From Saccostrea cucullata (taxonomy: Eukaryota), in the NCBI RefSeq assembly GCF_032062105.1, contig NW_026926059.1, positions 124,001 through 188,000 on the forward strand: a stretch of 64,000 nt of DNA. Reading direction: 5' to 3'. Positions 24,601-39,100 of the stretch are shown here, one piece after another. How positions within the stretch are numbered: the stretch's first letter is position 1; each line of letters opens with the position of its first letter. The notes beneath the pieces were generated by a model. That model worked only from the letters and a program-made list of their open reading frames with translations, was not told where the DNA came from and did no database searches. The position numbers were made by a program, and so were the translations under genes.

Positions 24601-27600
24601 CAATTCAAGAGAGAGATGTCTATATAAGCAACATAGGCTGATATCACTAGTGTACCTACAATACAAGAGTCAGTGTAATATCTGGACAGGCAGCATAGGC
24701 AGATATCACAAGTGTACCTACAATACAAGAGTCAGTGTAATATCTGGCAGATATCACAAGGGTAACCTTTGTTGTCTGGACACTTGAGATCAGGAGTAAC
24801 GGTCAGTGTAATATCTGGACAAGCAGCATAGGCAGATATCACAAGTGTACCTACAATATTAGAGTCTGTGTAATATCTGGACAAACAGCATAGGCAGATA
24901 TCACTAGTGTACCTACAATACAAGAAAGATATCTATACAAGCAGCATAGGCAGATATCACAAGTGTACCTACAATATTAGAGTCTGTGTAATATCTGGAC
25001 AAACAGCATAGGCAGATATCACTAGTGTACCTACAATACAAGAAAGATATCTATACAAGCAGCATAGGCAGATATCACAAGGGTACCTACAATACAAGAG
25101 AGATATCTATACAAGCAGCATAGGCAGATATCACAAGTGTACCTACAATACAAGAGTCAGTATAATATCTGGACACGCAGCATAGGCAGATATCACTAGT
25201 GTGCCTACAATATGAGAGATATCTATACAGGCAGCAGAGGCAGATATCACAAATGTACCTACAATACAAGAGTCAGTGTAATATCTATACAAGCAGCATA
25301 GGCAGATACCACTAGTGTACCTACAATACAAGAGTCAGTGTAATATCTGGACAGGCAGCATAGGCAGATATCACAAGTGTACCTACAATTCAAGAGAGAG
25401 ATGTCTATATAAGCAACATAGGCTGATATCACTAGTGTACCTACAATACAAGAGTCAGTGTAATATCTGGACAGGCAGCATAGGCAGATATCACAAGTGT
25501 ACCTACAATTCAAGAGTCAGCATAATATCTGAACAAGCAGCATAGGCAGATAACACTAGTGTACCAATAATACAAAAGTTAGAAAGATATCCACACAAGC
25601 AGCAGATGTATGTGTATCTACAATATGAGAGTGTAAAATATGGACAAGAGGCGTTAGCAGATTTCGTGTGTTAACTACAACATAAGAGTTAGTCAGATAT
25701 CCTTACAAACACCATAGGCAGATATCACAAATGTATACTTTCACTCCACAATCAGTGAAAACCTGGACAAGCTGAATAGGTAGATATCACACAAGTACCT
25801 CTGACACAAAAGTAAATGGGAAAGTCTATACATACATTGTAAGCAGATATCTTAAGTGTACACCCTTGAAACAACAAGCAGTGTAATATCTGTGGAAACA
25901 GCACAGAAAGATATCAAAATGTTCTTTCAACACAATATTATAATTTTTAAGTTAACTTGAATTTCTTGACCACTCACAGGTACAGCAAAACTCGTTTAGT
26001 ACGAACACGGATATTGCAAATTCACGGATATAGCAAAGTTATCTTGGATCCCCAGCTATGTAAATTTAATGAATTCCGTATATGGATATAACGACTTACG
26101 GATATAGCGAAGTAATTTTACAGGTCACAGTGACTTCGCTATAACAAAGTTTTACTGTATATATTTTTTAAAAACAACAGGAATAAAACATTTATATGAT
26201 AATTCCATGCTCTCATAACATGACCTCTATATTTTAAACGATTTTGATCATTCATTCTTTCCTTCCTGCAGTACCTGGTGCCTTAACAGTTTGATCTCCC
26301 ACTCTGGCTGCCATGCTCAGTGAATCTTTCCCACCATCCACAGCTATCCCAAGATGCTTCATGATATCACACATGGCTGAGCATGCCTCCAGTAAAGCAG
26401 CACCCTCTCCTGGAAGTTTGGCAGGCCACATCCAGTTTCCACTACATTTAATGTCCTGTATAGTGAGAAAATTTGAACTGTCACATTCCCAACAATAGAA
26501 GGATTATATATGTAATTGCTAAACCTCACTCACATAATCAAGTACATGTACAAGTATTGTTTGATTGCATTAAACATTGTGAAAACTGCTCAATACGTCA
26601 TCCTTGTAGACGAATTTTAGTTCCAAATATTATTTCCCCTATTTCTATCAATTCATGTTTAAAAACCAGGGATTAAAATTTTTTAGTTTTAAATGAACTA
26701 TGTGTATAAACAATTTACCTTGATGCCTGTGACTTTAGCAAACACCAGGTTTGTGAGAGCCTCTGCTACAGACAGGCGAGCTCCACAGGCTGGACTTATC
26801 AGGCCTTTGATTGGCTGTTCTCCTATAGCAGTACAGGAACCAACCTATCACAGTAAAGAATCACATTAAGGATGTATTAGTTATCAGGCCTTTGACTGGC
26901 TGCTCTCCTTTAGCAGTACAGGAACCAACCTATCACAGTAAAGAATCACATTAAAGACTTACCAGTTATCAGGCCTTTGACTGGCTGTTCTCCTATATCA
27001 GTACATGTACAGGAGCCACTCTATCACAGTAAAGAATCACAGTAAAAAAACTAATCAGGAAATTGATGTAACTACCTTGTCAAGGTAACTAAGTGCTGTC
27101 ACACCAACATCTGCCAAAGGTGTATGAAGAGGACCAACACACTGTTGCTGGGCAACCAGACCTGTCACACACCTGTCTACCTACACAAACAAAATATAAT
27201 CCAGAAAATTTGTAATCCTTATATTAGTATCATAAAATTTCCATCACAGTAAAGGCAGAATCCCTACTGAAAAAGTACATACCGGAATCTTTAATAATAA
27301 ATTTATCATAAAGTAATTTTTCTTCTTTCCACTTTTATCTATCCATTAAGTGCCCTGACCTTGTTGGTGAGATATCTCTTACTGGCCACAGAGGGTAACC
27401 TCAGGACTCGCTCTACACTGTCTCTGACACGGAGATTCTCAGGTAAGGATAATGTACTGGGGCTAGGTGTGATCCTTTGAAGCTTGAAAACCTACAGGAT
27501 TGAGTTGTCGAATATTACATTCACACAAAGAAAAACAGTTGTTAACTCATTACACATTATCTTCATTCCAGAAATTAAATCCGAAACAAAATTGAAATAT

Positions 27601-30600
27601 AACTTCAATCAAATAGCAAATAAACTTTCTAATTCATTTACACCTCATATAAATGTGCCCCCTTTTGTCAAACCTTTCTGGGCATGGATCCCAGGACATG
27701 TTCTAGATCCAGATCCACAGGGAAGTTTATCGTCTTTTTCCTCTTCTTTGAAGGTGTGGATATGTCTTCTGTTGTTTCCTTCTTAAAACCCTCCAACTTA
27801 ATCTGAAAAAAATATTCCACCACACTACTACATACAAGATAATTCTTATTAAAACCATAGGCCCCTGAGTCATGATGCTCACCTAAGTCACAATTCTCTT
27901 CCAAGTAATTTAACGAAAGGTAGAAACTTACTGACACAGGAGGCAAAACAAAATAGATTAAGTAAAGTGCATATTGTTTTCTAATTACTACTAACAATGG
28001 AAAGTGAGCAGGTATAATTCAACTTGTTCAAAACATGCATAAGATTTTCAAAATTAGCTTAATTAAAACTTTTTTGCTTAAGGTGTTTGGCTTCTGACAT
28101 TAAAAATAATTGAAAATTATTTTTTTCTTTTTTAATTGTAAGAATAAACATAATAAATTATTTTAAGCCAGGAAAATTCATATGAATATGATTTAATTTT
28201 CAAGCTATAGGTGTTCCTGACAAAGGGAGGTAATTCTCGCATTTTAGTAAAGAAAAAGACCAAATTTGTGTTCAACATATTTAATATTTATTTTAAACAA
28301 TGAAATGTTTTCAAATCATTCCAACCTTTTGCTATCTTTTAAAAGTAGTCATAGGGAATATAAATATTGATAAAATAAGAATGATAATTGATAGAAGATA
28401 AAATTTAATTCTTATCAAAAAGGACACACCCTCATACTAAAAAATGCCTTTTTTTCCTTTCACAGGGCTTATAAAATGAGCTTGGAAAATAAATTAGAAA
28501 TAATTAAAAAGTATTTTTTTTTCTATACATTTGTTACTAAGATAAAGTGCTTAAAAATGGTGTAAAAAATTGTATATCAATATGAGTTACTTTTAAAGAT
28601 ATTTTAACATGAATTTCCTCTGACCCATTTTTCTCAAATTTTGACCAGAGGAAATTCGGATTGATTCTGTTTGCCTCTTCCATGATTTTGGGGGATTTTC
28701 TATTTGCCTAAATGAATAAGTGTATTGAAACTCAGTCTTTTTCTTTAAAAGAAAAGGGACATTTCATTTTTTGGGGGGACTATTTAAGACTTAGGGGAAA
28801 GAGGGGATGGTGGGGGGGGGGGGTGGTTAATATCTATTTTCATGCCCACTCACATTACCTGAGGATAATTCTTTAATAGTTTGACTAATCATGGCTTTGC
28901 CTGTTCTGAGTTGAGAGAATTTTACAGACATTTCAAATATTTTTCTATGCATACTTTGCTCCACTTGTGGCCCATCCTTCCCCCAAGAAGTATTGAATAT
29001 AGGGTATGCAATGAAGCTAAATTTCACGTAAATGTCATCTTTTCTTCAGTGGTTCTTCAGAAGATTTTTGAATAATGCCACCAAAATTCTTAATTACCCC
29101 CCACTTCAAAAGGGCGAGACACTTCCTATGAACAAAGTTAAATCCCCTTAATTGAAATTGGGCCAGTTGGTCTTTCAAAGAAATAAAATATATCAAACTT
29201 TACACACCCCTGACAAAAGACCGATTGCCAGACAATCTTTGATCAGAAAAGCTCACTCGGGCTTCCGTGTCAGGTGAGCTAAAAACCACCACCTAGTAAT
29301 CATTTCACTATAAACGTTTCACAGCAAATTTCCAGTTATTGAAAATGAAGGGAATAAAAAAAAAGACTAAATGAATGTTTTGAACTACTAGTTGTACCAA
29401 TAACAGCTAGTTTAATTTGCGTCATGCAATGTAAATTTCTCTTGATTTCATTGTATCAAACAAAATGTTCTTTATTCAAGATGAAAAATGATCAACTATT
29501 TAACTTTATTGAAGTTTATTCAGATCCATGTTTCTTGTGATAGAGATCTATCAAATTGTTACCTTTACAAGTAACATACAACATTTTTATATACTGTAAA
29601 CATTAGATTATTTGTGCCTTTGACAGAAAACTGCTGTTGCTATATCAAGAACATCGCTAACTTTATGACCTGCGTATTTATAAGTACACAACAAAAATTT
29701 TGCTAGAAATCAAACCTAGCCCGATTGTTGAAAATAGATTACTGCCAAGTATAGGTCATACACAATATAAAACATTTACAGAATGTCCATTCATATTCAT
29801 TTGTGCATGTTTCAATTTAATATGCACATAGTCTTCTTCAATAAATATCAAAGAACACCTTTTAATTTTTCAGGTATGCTCAAAATATGGGTAATGAAAA
29901 TAAATTGTTGTCAATTTCTAAATAAGGATTTATTTTGAATGGAAAGAAAATGATTTGTTCAACTACAAACTACCTATAACAATAAACATTGAAAAAAACA
30001 ATAGTACATGGCATAATTATACCCCTGCTCTGAAGCACAGGGTTTATACTGTTTTTCTTTCTACACTTGTGTGTCTTTCTGTCAGTAACAAATTTTTGTC
30101 CAATTTTTCTCAGCAATCACTCATCATGCTCAATTGCTCATCACAGATGTTTTAAGTTTTAGCACACTCTTTCTTTAGACATGCCGTATGTTGGAATTGG
30201 TTTTAGACGAATCTGATGTCAACTTCCTAATTATCTGTGCATCTGTCTGTACCACAAATAGTAAATTTTTGTCACAGTTTTCTCCACAACTACTCATCAC
30301 AGTTGGAATTGGTTTTAGACGAATCTGATGTCAACTTCCTGTGTATCTGTGCATCTGTCTGTACCACAAATAGTAAATTTTTGTCACAGTTTTCTCCACA
30401 ACTACTCATCACAGTTGGAATTGGTTTTAGACGAATCTGATGTCAACTTCCTGTTTATCTGTGCATCTGTCTGTACCACAAATAATAAATTTTTGTCACA
30501 GTTTTCTCCACAACTACTCATCACAGATGCTTGAAATTTTTTAGACATGTAATATGGTTGGATTCATTTTTGTACGAATCCATTGTCAATTAACTTTGTT

Positions 30601-33074
30601 TATTCCTGTCTGTCCATATTCACATCAGATTGAGGGTATTACTAGTGAGCACTGGCTCACAGAAATCAAACAAACAAACAAACAAACAACCAAACAAACA
30701 ATAATATAGTTACATACAAAGAACATCATACAACTGCGTTACTGCTCAGATCTGAGAAAATCTGCAACAGAATCAATGATTTTTCTAGATTTTGTCACAC
30801 GCACACTGTTATCTGTTATCTCTGTCAGCACATCCTGTACTCCCTCCCTACCATTTCTGCGATAAGCCAGTTGTAAGTGTGATAAGGAGAGTCCACTGCT
30901 GGCAATCTTATTTGCCATTCCATTCGAAATCACCTTTTGGTCCAATAAAGGCTTTAGTGTGCTCATTAGACTTTTTGTTGTGTTCTTGTGATGGAATATG
31001 GCAAAGGCAGAGTTTGAAGTGAAAGATGCAGCAAGTTTGACTTCAGGGGAAGGTCCTGTATGGTCCAACAATCTCTTCAAGGCTAAGACATCCTGTAATG
31101 AGTCATGCGCACTGTATTTGTCTTGTAGAATTTCTTCGAAGAGGTGTAACTGTGAGTATGATGAAAGGTTTGGATGCGAAATTTTGAAAAGAGGTAAGGT
31201 ATCAATGAAACCAATGACTGCAGATGAGAATGCCTCCAAAATGTTTAATTTACTCAAAATGTTGAACAGCACAGGAAGGTCAAACACTTTGGAGTTGTGT
31301 CCAACTAGAACAGCATCTGACTCCGATTTCTTTATGAAGCCGATAAACTGGATCAGTGCATCCTTAATGCTGACTGTCTCAACTTCCTCATCATTGTGGT
31401 ACATTTTATTGTTGACTACTTTTATTCCAGTAATTTCTGTAGCTTTTGAGGACATTGGTTTTTCTGGAATGATGTATTTGTTGAAAACCTCATCATTTCT
31501 AACTGCAGACAACTGCACAATATGAGAATCCCTTGCTAAAAATAAAAAAACAAATAATTTAATTTTGATTGTAACGCATCATTTGATTGGATAAAAAATT
31601 AATCTAAATTGTATAATCTGGTTTGCTTACGTCACAATGACTTACATCAAATTGTATCAATCCGCTTGACGTTACGTTTAAAATATGAACTATTTGAAGG
31701 CATTATAAAGAGAAAATCTGTCTTGTTTTATATTCTTGATGATTGAAAATTAAATCATAAGGAGTGAATTAAATGGCAACCCAAATTATACTGCTACAAC
31801 CTGGGTTGGAGCAGTTTACGCTTTTTTATAAACCGCTTTGAGGTTTAGAAAGCATAAACTGCCCCAACCCAGGTAATACAGTATAATTTGGGTTGCTATT
31901 TAATTCATTCCGTAAGTAAATTCAAGTTTTTAAAATTAAAAGCATTAAAAAAAAATACATATAAAAATTGATATATTGTAAATGTATTATATTTAGCATG
32001 TATGATATTTGGAAGAAATTGACTTTTGAATAAGTAAGCGTAGATTTGATTTAGTGCATTTCTTCATTTTCTTCTTTATGTGTATATGTGCAAGACATTT
32101 AGCGTTGTACTTGATTTAGCGGTCCGCTATTAGAATACACAGCCAAATGTAATCCGTTTACAGTATGCATGATTTAAAAAATTTTGAAACATTATAATAA
32201 TAGTAACCCTCTTCCCCAAGACTTAACTCCTTCAAAGATGCTTGAATTCTTTCAGAATATGCAATTTCTTTTTAATCAGTGTCCTCAGAAGGAAGGGTAA
32301 AGTTTTGAAAGATATAAAACATGCTCAACTACTTGTACCAATACTGGAATTATGCAAGAGTCTCCATTTCTATTTGTTTTCTATGATAACTCTAGTATTA
32401 TTATTTCAAAATGCATACAAAAAAATACCGGAAGAGGGCCATAACCATCAGCATTGACTTAACATTTAAATCTAGGTTCTTACCGAGTCCAGTAGTTTCC
32501 AAATCAAAATAGATCTCTTCAGCATTTAAGAGCTGACTTGAAGGGAGATGATCATACTTTGGAATTGTTTTTGGAGCTGGAATTTCAACGATGTCAGAGG
32601 CCTGCTGGAGATCACATCCTGTTAAATAACTGATGCCTTCCCTTGTTTCTTTTGTAGAAATACTTTGAATTCTGTAAAGAAGATGTATACTGTAAAACAA
32701 ATGATTCTAAACTGAGGTCTTACTAAAGGCCTAGCAAAATAAACAATCACCTAATGTACAGCTAATGAATTAGGAGTTGTAAATAAATGAAAATCCTGAG
32801 CACATCGGCAAGGAAAGAGCACAAAGTAGACCAGAATAGAAAAGTTATGGTACATGTAATTTACTGAAGGGGGGGGGGCTTATATTTTATCACTACTTAA
32901 GAATGCCTCCATATCAATACAGCATATAACTTTTTTAACATTTTGTTCGTATATATTACTTAGTAATAATTTGAATTTGATTCCCCACCGTTTCCCTCCC
33001 TACCACAAAGGATCAGGATTGAAACAAATTTAAATCTTCAATTTTCATTTCCATATGACTAAACATAGCTTCTC

Positions 33075-33107
<33 letters not shown>

Positions 33108-36100
33108 ATTTTTTCCCTTTATTTTCCTATGTAAAACTTTGATCCACCATGTATGATTTGAAAAAAAAATTAATTCTACTTTACCTGAGGATGCTTCCAT
33201 ATTAATATCACCAATCATAGCTTTGCTATTCTTGAGAATTTTTTTAAAAATATATTGTACTGTAAAATGCAATTGTGGCCCCGCCCTATCCCTGGGAGTC
33301 ATGATTTAAACAATCTAGAATCTACACTACCTGAGGATGACTTCATATCAATATCACTTATCATGGCTTTGCAGTCCTTGAGAAGAAGATTTTTAAAGAT
33401 TTCAAATTCTCTATATATTCCTGTGTAAAACTTTGATTGGCTATGTGGTCCCACCCTATCCCCCAGGGTCAAGATTTGAACAAACTTGAATCTACACTAC
33501 CTGAAGATGATTCCATATGAGTTTCATCTTACCTGGCCCAGTGGATACTAACTTTGTAGCAAGTTTGGTTGAAATTGGCCTAGTTGTTCTTGAGAGAAAG
33601 ATGAAAATGTGAAAAGTTAATGACAACAGATACATTTTTATCAGTAAAGCTCACTTGAGCTTTCCGCTAAGGTGAGCTAAAAAAACTGGGTATGTAGGTA
33701 GGTAAAATTTTTATTTTAAGATTGCAGCAAAGCAATATGCCCTCCCTTCTTTGAAAAAAATATTTATCAAACCATGCTATTTATACAAGCATACCGTAAA
33801 TCTTTGGTGATTCAGAAAACAAATCTTAGTAACATGCAAGATATTAATTCCCACTTAAATTCATACTTATCATCATTCACTTGTTCTTGGTTTATTTTCA
33901 TTTTTGAGGTTGTCAAAAGGTTTTTTACACCTGACAAATGACAATCAAAGTATACTAGTACGTACTTCCTGGCTTTCAATTCTCTCCTTCTCCTTTTAAA
34001 TTTTTGTGTCACTGAAATGGCCTTCTGTCGCTTTCTTTGTAAATCCCTCAGAATGCACTGTCGTCGAGTATAGTAGCCAGGAGAGAGGCCCAATTTCTTG
34101 TTAACCTTTAATAAGGATAAAAGAATCTATTATGTACAACTACAATGTACATACATATACAATACAATTTGCTTTTGATTAAAATTTGCAGAATTTTCAA
34201 ATGTAAGAGATAACTTGAGTGGTTCAACTCATATATGACACAATAAGCATGAAAAAATAAAAATTTACAAACCTTTACAAGATATTTGTGTCCAACATTT
34301 TTCTGGGCTACACATGCAGCAACTCTATATCTGAGGCTTGAAGAAGAGCTGTAATGATGGGTCTTTGGGGCTTTTGCAGACACCATTCTGTGAAAACTCT
34401 CATTCGACTGTGTGCTTCCTAAGCATGAAAGACGATCAGAATGACTTGCATATGAACTGAAGACTTCTTTCAGATCATCCTGAAGGAACCTATCTTTCAG
34501 GGGTTTTCCATGTGGAAGTGACTTGTACTTCAGGTTAGGGTTGTTAATGAAGTTGCACCACCTTGAGGAGCAGTGTTGGTGATCTCCAAATATGTGTAAT
34601 GGAATTGATGAAAGGTCTTTGATTTGAGAAGCATTTCCTTTTCCCTGTGCTATGGAGTAACTGAAGCATTTCTGAATGTACTTTATCACAGACAAAGTTA
34701 GAGTTGAATGTTTTTTCTTTAAGGTAAACAAAGAGTTTGTAAACAGTTTCTTTAGATGATTTTTATCAGACAACTTCTTAATATCAGCATTGACATTAGC
34801 TTTCAGTCTTGCAATAGTGGTAGAGTCCTCATCTCCAATGATTCCATCAATGGTTATTCCTTTACTTTTCTGTAGATCTTGGACCATCTCAATAACCATA
34901 TCTGCCTCCATGGCCTTTGAACTACCCTCCCAATTCTTTGAGCACTCATGGGCTGCTGGATTCTTGTTGGTTGATTCAGCTACACTGCATACTCTGCAAT
35001 TCTTAGACCTCAGAGAGTATGACAATACTTTGTCGGAGAGAGGACCAACCATGGAACAATGACCTGAAAAATTACAAATTAGAAAAACTGTATAACTTAT
35101 AGATGTATTCGTTGTTTTTATTAAAGCATTTTTCATGCATTTCTTAACTTAATAAAATGTATGTCTTAATACTTTGGCAAGGAAAATCATACTCGATCAC
35201 TGATGTTACATGTATGCATTTGGTAATAACCTTTAACCCCTTTAGTCAGCAATGAACCTGTGCGTCCAGTGCACTATAGCATAATTGGGTCAAATATTTA
35301 TTTTTCACGAGGGGTGCTGTATAAATAATGGAAATCGTTCAACTTTAAAAAAGTAAACAGTTGCTTTAAAACGTGTTTGCAGAATGCAATAGGGACCAAA
35401 TTCCTACTTCTTTGAAGTTAAGTGTTCTAAGTATTGACAATGCTTTGGTAAATAATGTTTCTAATAAGTGTCGTTAAAAATTGGTTGCGTGCCATAGAGC
35501 GATTAGCGAATACGCTAACTGTGTAAAATCACCTAATATTTTAATATTTTGATTTGACTCATTATGAGTCTTAATGATTTTTCTCCTATATATATTTCCG
35601 TGTAAACATTATATCTTTTTTTGGCTCCATTATCCCACCTTGGGTCCATATTTCGAACAAAACTGAATATGCTTTACCTGCATGAGCAACATAACTATTC
35701 ATGGCTGTTCTTTAGAAGAATATTTTACAATTTATATGGACAGTTGAACTTTGAGATATGTGCCTTTCTAAATTTATTGCATCTGTTTGCATACATATTT
35801 AATGGAATCAAGTCCTAAGCAAACTTAATGCATAGTTTATGTTGGGCACAAGCGGAAAGTAATCACTCTAATCATCAATATTTTTTTTTATTTTCCTAAA
35901 ATTTGTCTACTGTAGAAGCATAAATTTTCGTGGGCATAAAATTTTTTTGTTCTGACATCAAAAATAATCTCGTCGTTGTTTTAAAACTAACCCTAGGTCT
36001 AAAAAAAAATATGTTTGTTTCCTGTAACCCGACCGACCCATTCAAATTACCCCCCGGGTGAATTTTTTTATTGACAAATGGCAAAACTTCGTTTGATCAA

Positions 36101-39100
36101 TCAGCTGATTCCATTTATTAAAAAAAGAAAATTAGCTTGTAGCTTAACTTGAGACATAAAATATGTCAACTTAGTTTACATCTAAGTTTGATTAGTTATA
36201 AAGAGTAATCATTATTATAACAACAATTTCCCCCTACAACTTTCTGAAGATCGTTTTCTGCCGCTAGGTAGCCATTTTGGATGCCATGTTGGGTGTCCAC
36301 TGTAGATATGACACCTGGTATATTGAATCCAGGGATGTTTGACAATTCATAAGAAAAAAAAGAATCCAGACCTACCGACCCTTAATTTTTTTTTAATGTT
36401 ACAGGAAACAAACATATCTTTTTTAAAGCCCTATTCAATATATAGTCATATAAAATTTCGTGTGGGATTTAATTTTGTTGAATTTCCCCCCCCCCCCCCC
36501 CCCCCCCCGAATATTTGTGCTTTTACAGTATTTTTACCTGATAAACTATCATATGTCTTTCCGCTACCCCGTTTTTGCCATCCAGCATCTACAGCAACAA
36601 CTAGTCCATTTTCGTTCATCTCTCTGAAAAATAGATAAATAACAGACATCAGTTATTAATTAACTGTGAACCTGTCTTCTTTAGAACACCCCCTAATGTG
36701 CATAACATTCTGCATATTTATCAATACAAATTATACTGTACATGATTAAACCTTATATTTATCAGTATATCAGATTCTATTAACTTGATCACTATCAATT
36801 ATTATTAGGTATTCCCTATGATAATCATTTGGGGATCAAAACTAAAACACAAGGCTCTTGGGGCTTGGGCCACAATACTCTAGGAAGTCACTGTCTCTGT
36901 CCAATCTAATTAAAACTTTTTAATTTTTCCTTTTTTAATTCATTCTAGGAATGAATTTAATAGCTACCCAAGTTATACTGTATATCCTGGGTTGTGCCAG
37001 TTTTGGCTTTCTATACAGCGAGGCTTTCATTTCAAAGCAGGTTACACTAATATAACTTGGATAACTATGAAGTTAATTCCTTATAATTTAATTCTCCATC
37101 AATAAGTAAAGAAAATATAAACTTAATAAGACAATTTTTCCTTCAAAAATGCATGCAATTAGTACATACATGTATCTTATATGTAAAATTAAATGGGTTG
37201 TTATGTTTGTGACATACATGTTAGTAATTGTGACTTAACCAACACAGGTTATACCATATGACCACTACACATGTATGCTGGACACCCATTGATCTGATCA
37301 GAAAAGCTCTATTGCGCCTTTGGCTCATTTGAGCTAAATAGTGAGATTTAAACTGAATTTATATTGTTTACACACTCATTCATCATTTCCAGTTCCTTCT
37401 GCAAAGCATCAGACATAGACTCTGCAGCAATGTCTTCAACAGCTCTGCCTATCTCTTTCTGTCTTTTGTCCAGCATGGCATGGCTTACAGGTGGTATATT
37501 CAGCTCAGAAAGGAGACTGTTGACTTGCGTTGCACCAATACCAACATGTACAATTGCTGTAAATACAAATTCATAAATGTAAAAAAGAAATCAATCTAAT
37601 CACTTTAAACAAGAAGCTTGTGAAATACAACACTCACCTTAGTCTCATTTATTTTCTCTCTTTATTACCAGAAATTAAAAATAGAACCCATACTTTTAAC
37701 AAACTAAACCCCTAGGGGTAATGGCAACAAAACTGGAATTGATCTACAAAGAAGCTCTTGGATTCTAGAGGTTTTGTAGGGTAAAAATGAGGTCTACCGA
37801 TTAGACATCAGAAACATTTCCTTGACAAAACTATGTTTTATGCTAACTTTGACAATTTCAGGAGGGGTTCGTGCCGGGTGTGCCCCCCATTAAGTCTGCC
37901 ACTGATTATATCAATTTATAGATACATATACCTATTTACTGGCTATGAGGACAAAAGCAAGTTTATTGTCCCCCATGACAGCAACAATTTCTCAAGGTGC
38001 GTCCAAGTTGCTGTTGAGGGGGGGGGGGGGGGGACAACAAACTTGCTTATATTGGAATAGACAGGTAAAACTCAATCAGGCTCTTGTGACTTGACAATAA
38101 TAAATATACATGTAACTGATGTATGGGATGTGTAGGTTAAACTTCTTACCTGCTGAAAACTTTGTATTTACATCCCACACTCTTCCATGTTTTTTCCCTG
38201 TTTTTACATGGTTAATATGATTACACTTTGTATTGCTGCAACAGACCTGAAATGTTTATGTAAAATCAATGAATTCCTAATTACAGGTCACTGTTCTAAA
38301 TTCATTCACCATTAATGAAATCAAATGCTTGGGAAAAAAGAATTTAAATATGCATTACTTCAAATTATTTCAAAGAAAAAAATGTAACATCTTTCAAAAC
38401 TAAAAATATGGATATATGGAATACTGCCTGTTTTATATGGAGTAAAATTCAAGGAAAAACCTTTCAAGGTTGTTTTTATACAAACTGTGCAAAAATTGGT
38501 GAGTTCATACCTTTAACAAAGAAGCTAAACCATATGTCAACACAGAAATAGTGTGTGAAAGTTGTAATGGTAAGCCACATTTACAACATCCCCGCAAGCC
38601 CTCAGCTAACACTCCAAGTTCTACTACTCTCCTCCCCTCCTTCCAATCCTTAGATGTAGTCACTTCTTCCCCATCAACCACCTCCTCTCTTTCCAGTATA
38701 TTCAAATTTGGCAATTCTATGAATAATTAATAAAAATTATCACCATTACACATTCTTTATTATCTACTGTAACACATCCTGACTAGTTGACAGTTTAGAT
38801 ACACTATGACTTACTAAATTCCAAGAACCAGTTTTCAAAATAATTCATTGTGCCGATATACAACATATTTTTCCATATACCGATATTTCTCAAGATATTC
38901 TGAAATCAATCTTAAATATGATCTACTAAATTCTTTTACTCGACATTTGCTTGGAACCTGGTCATTCACATGTAAACAGACGGTGTATGAGGTGCAGCGA
39001 AGAGTTGCATAGCATTTGCAAGATCTTTCAACATTTTAAAGTTGATTTCTTACTCCAGATTGTAAGGTTAAGTAGTCTGTATTAATAATAATAAGTTAAA

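Noticed and set aside
21498-25545. Many Cys/Tyr-rich ORFs (MYCRY...) and a superficial CRISPR-like periodicity
   Set aside because: These are translations of the exon-derived tandem repeat. There are no unique spacers or cas genes, and the context is eukaryotic.
28082-30738. Second (accessory) gene in the distal part of the Kolobok element
   Set aside because: Only AT-rich sequence and nested repeat fragments are visible; no convincing exon chain was found.
30998-31525. 175-aa plus-strand ORF (also 34790-35062 and 37364-37576)
   Set aside because: Antisense shadows of the transposase/exonuclease exons.
33083-33107. Poly-G/poly-C runs (also ~452, ~36486, ~38018)
   Set aside because: Simple homopolymers with no evidence of function.
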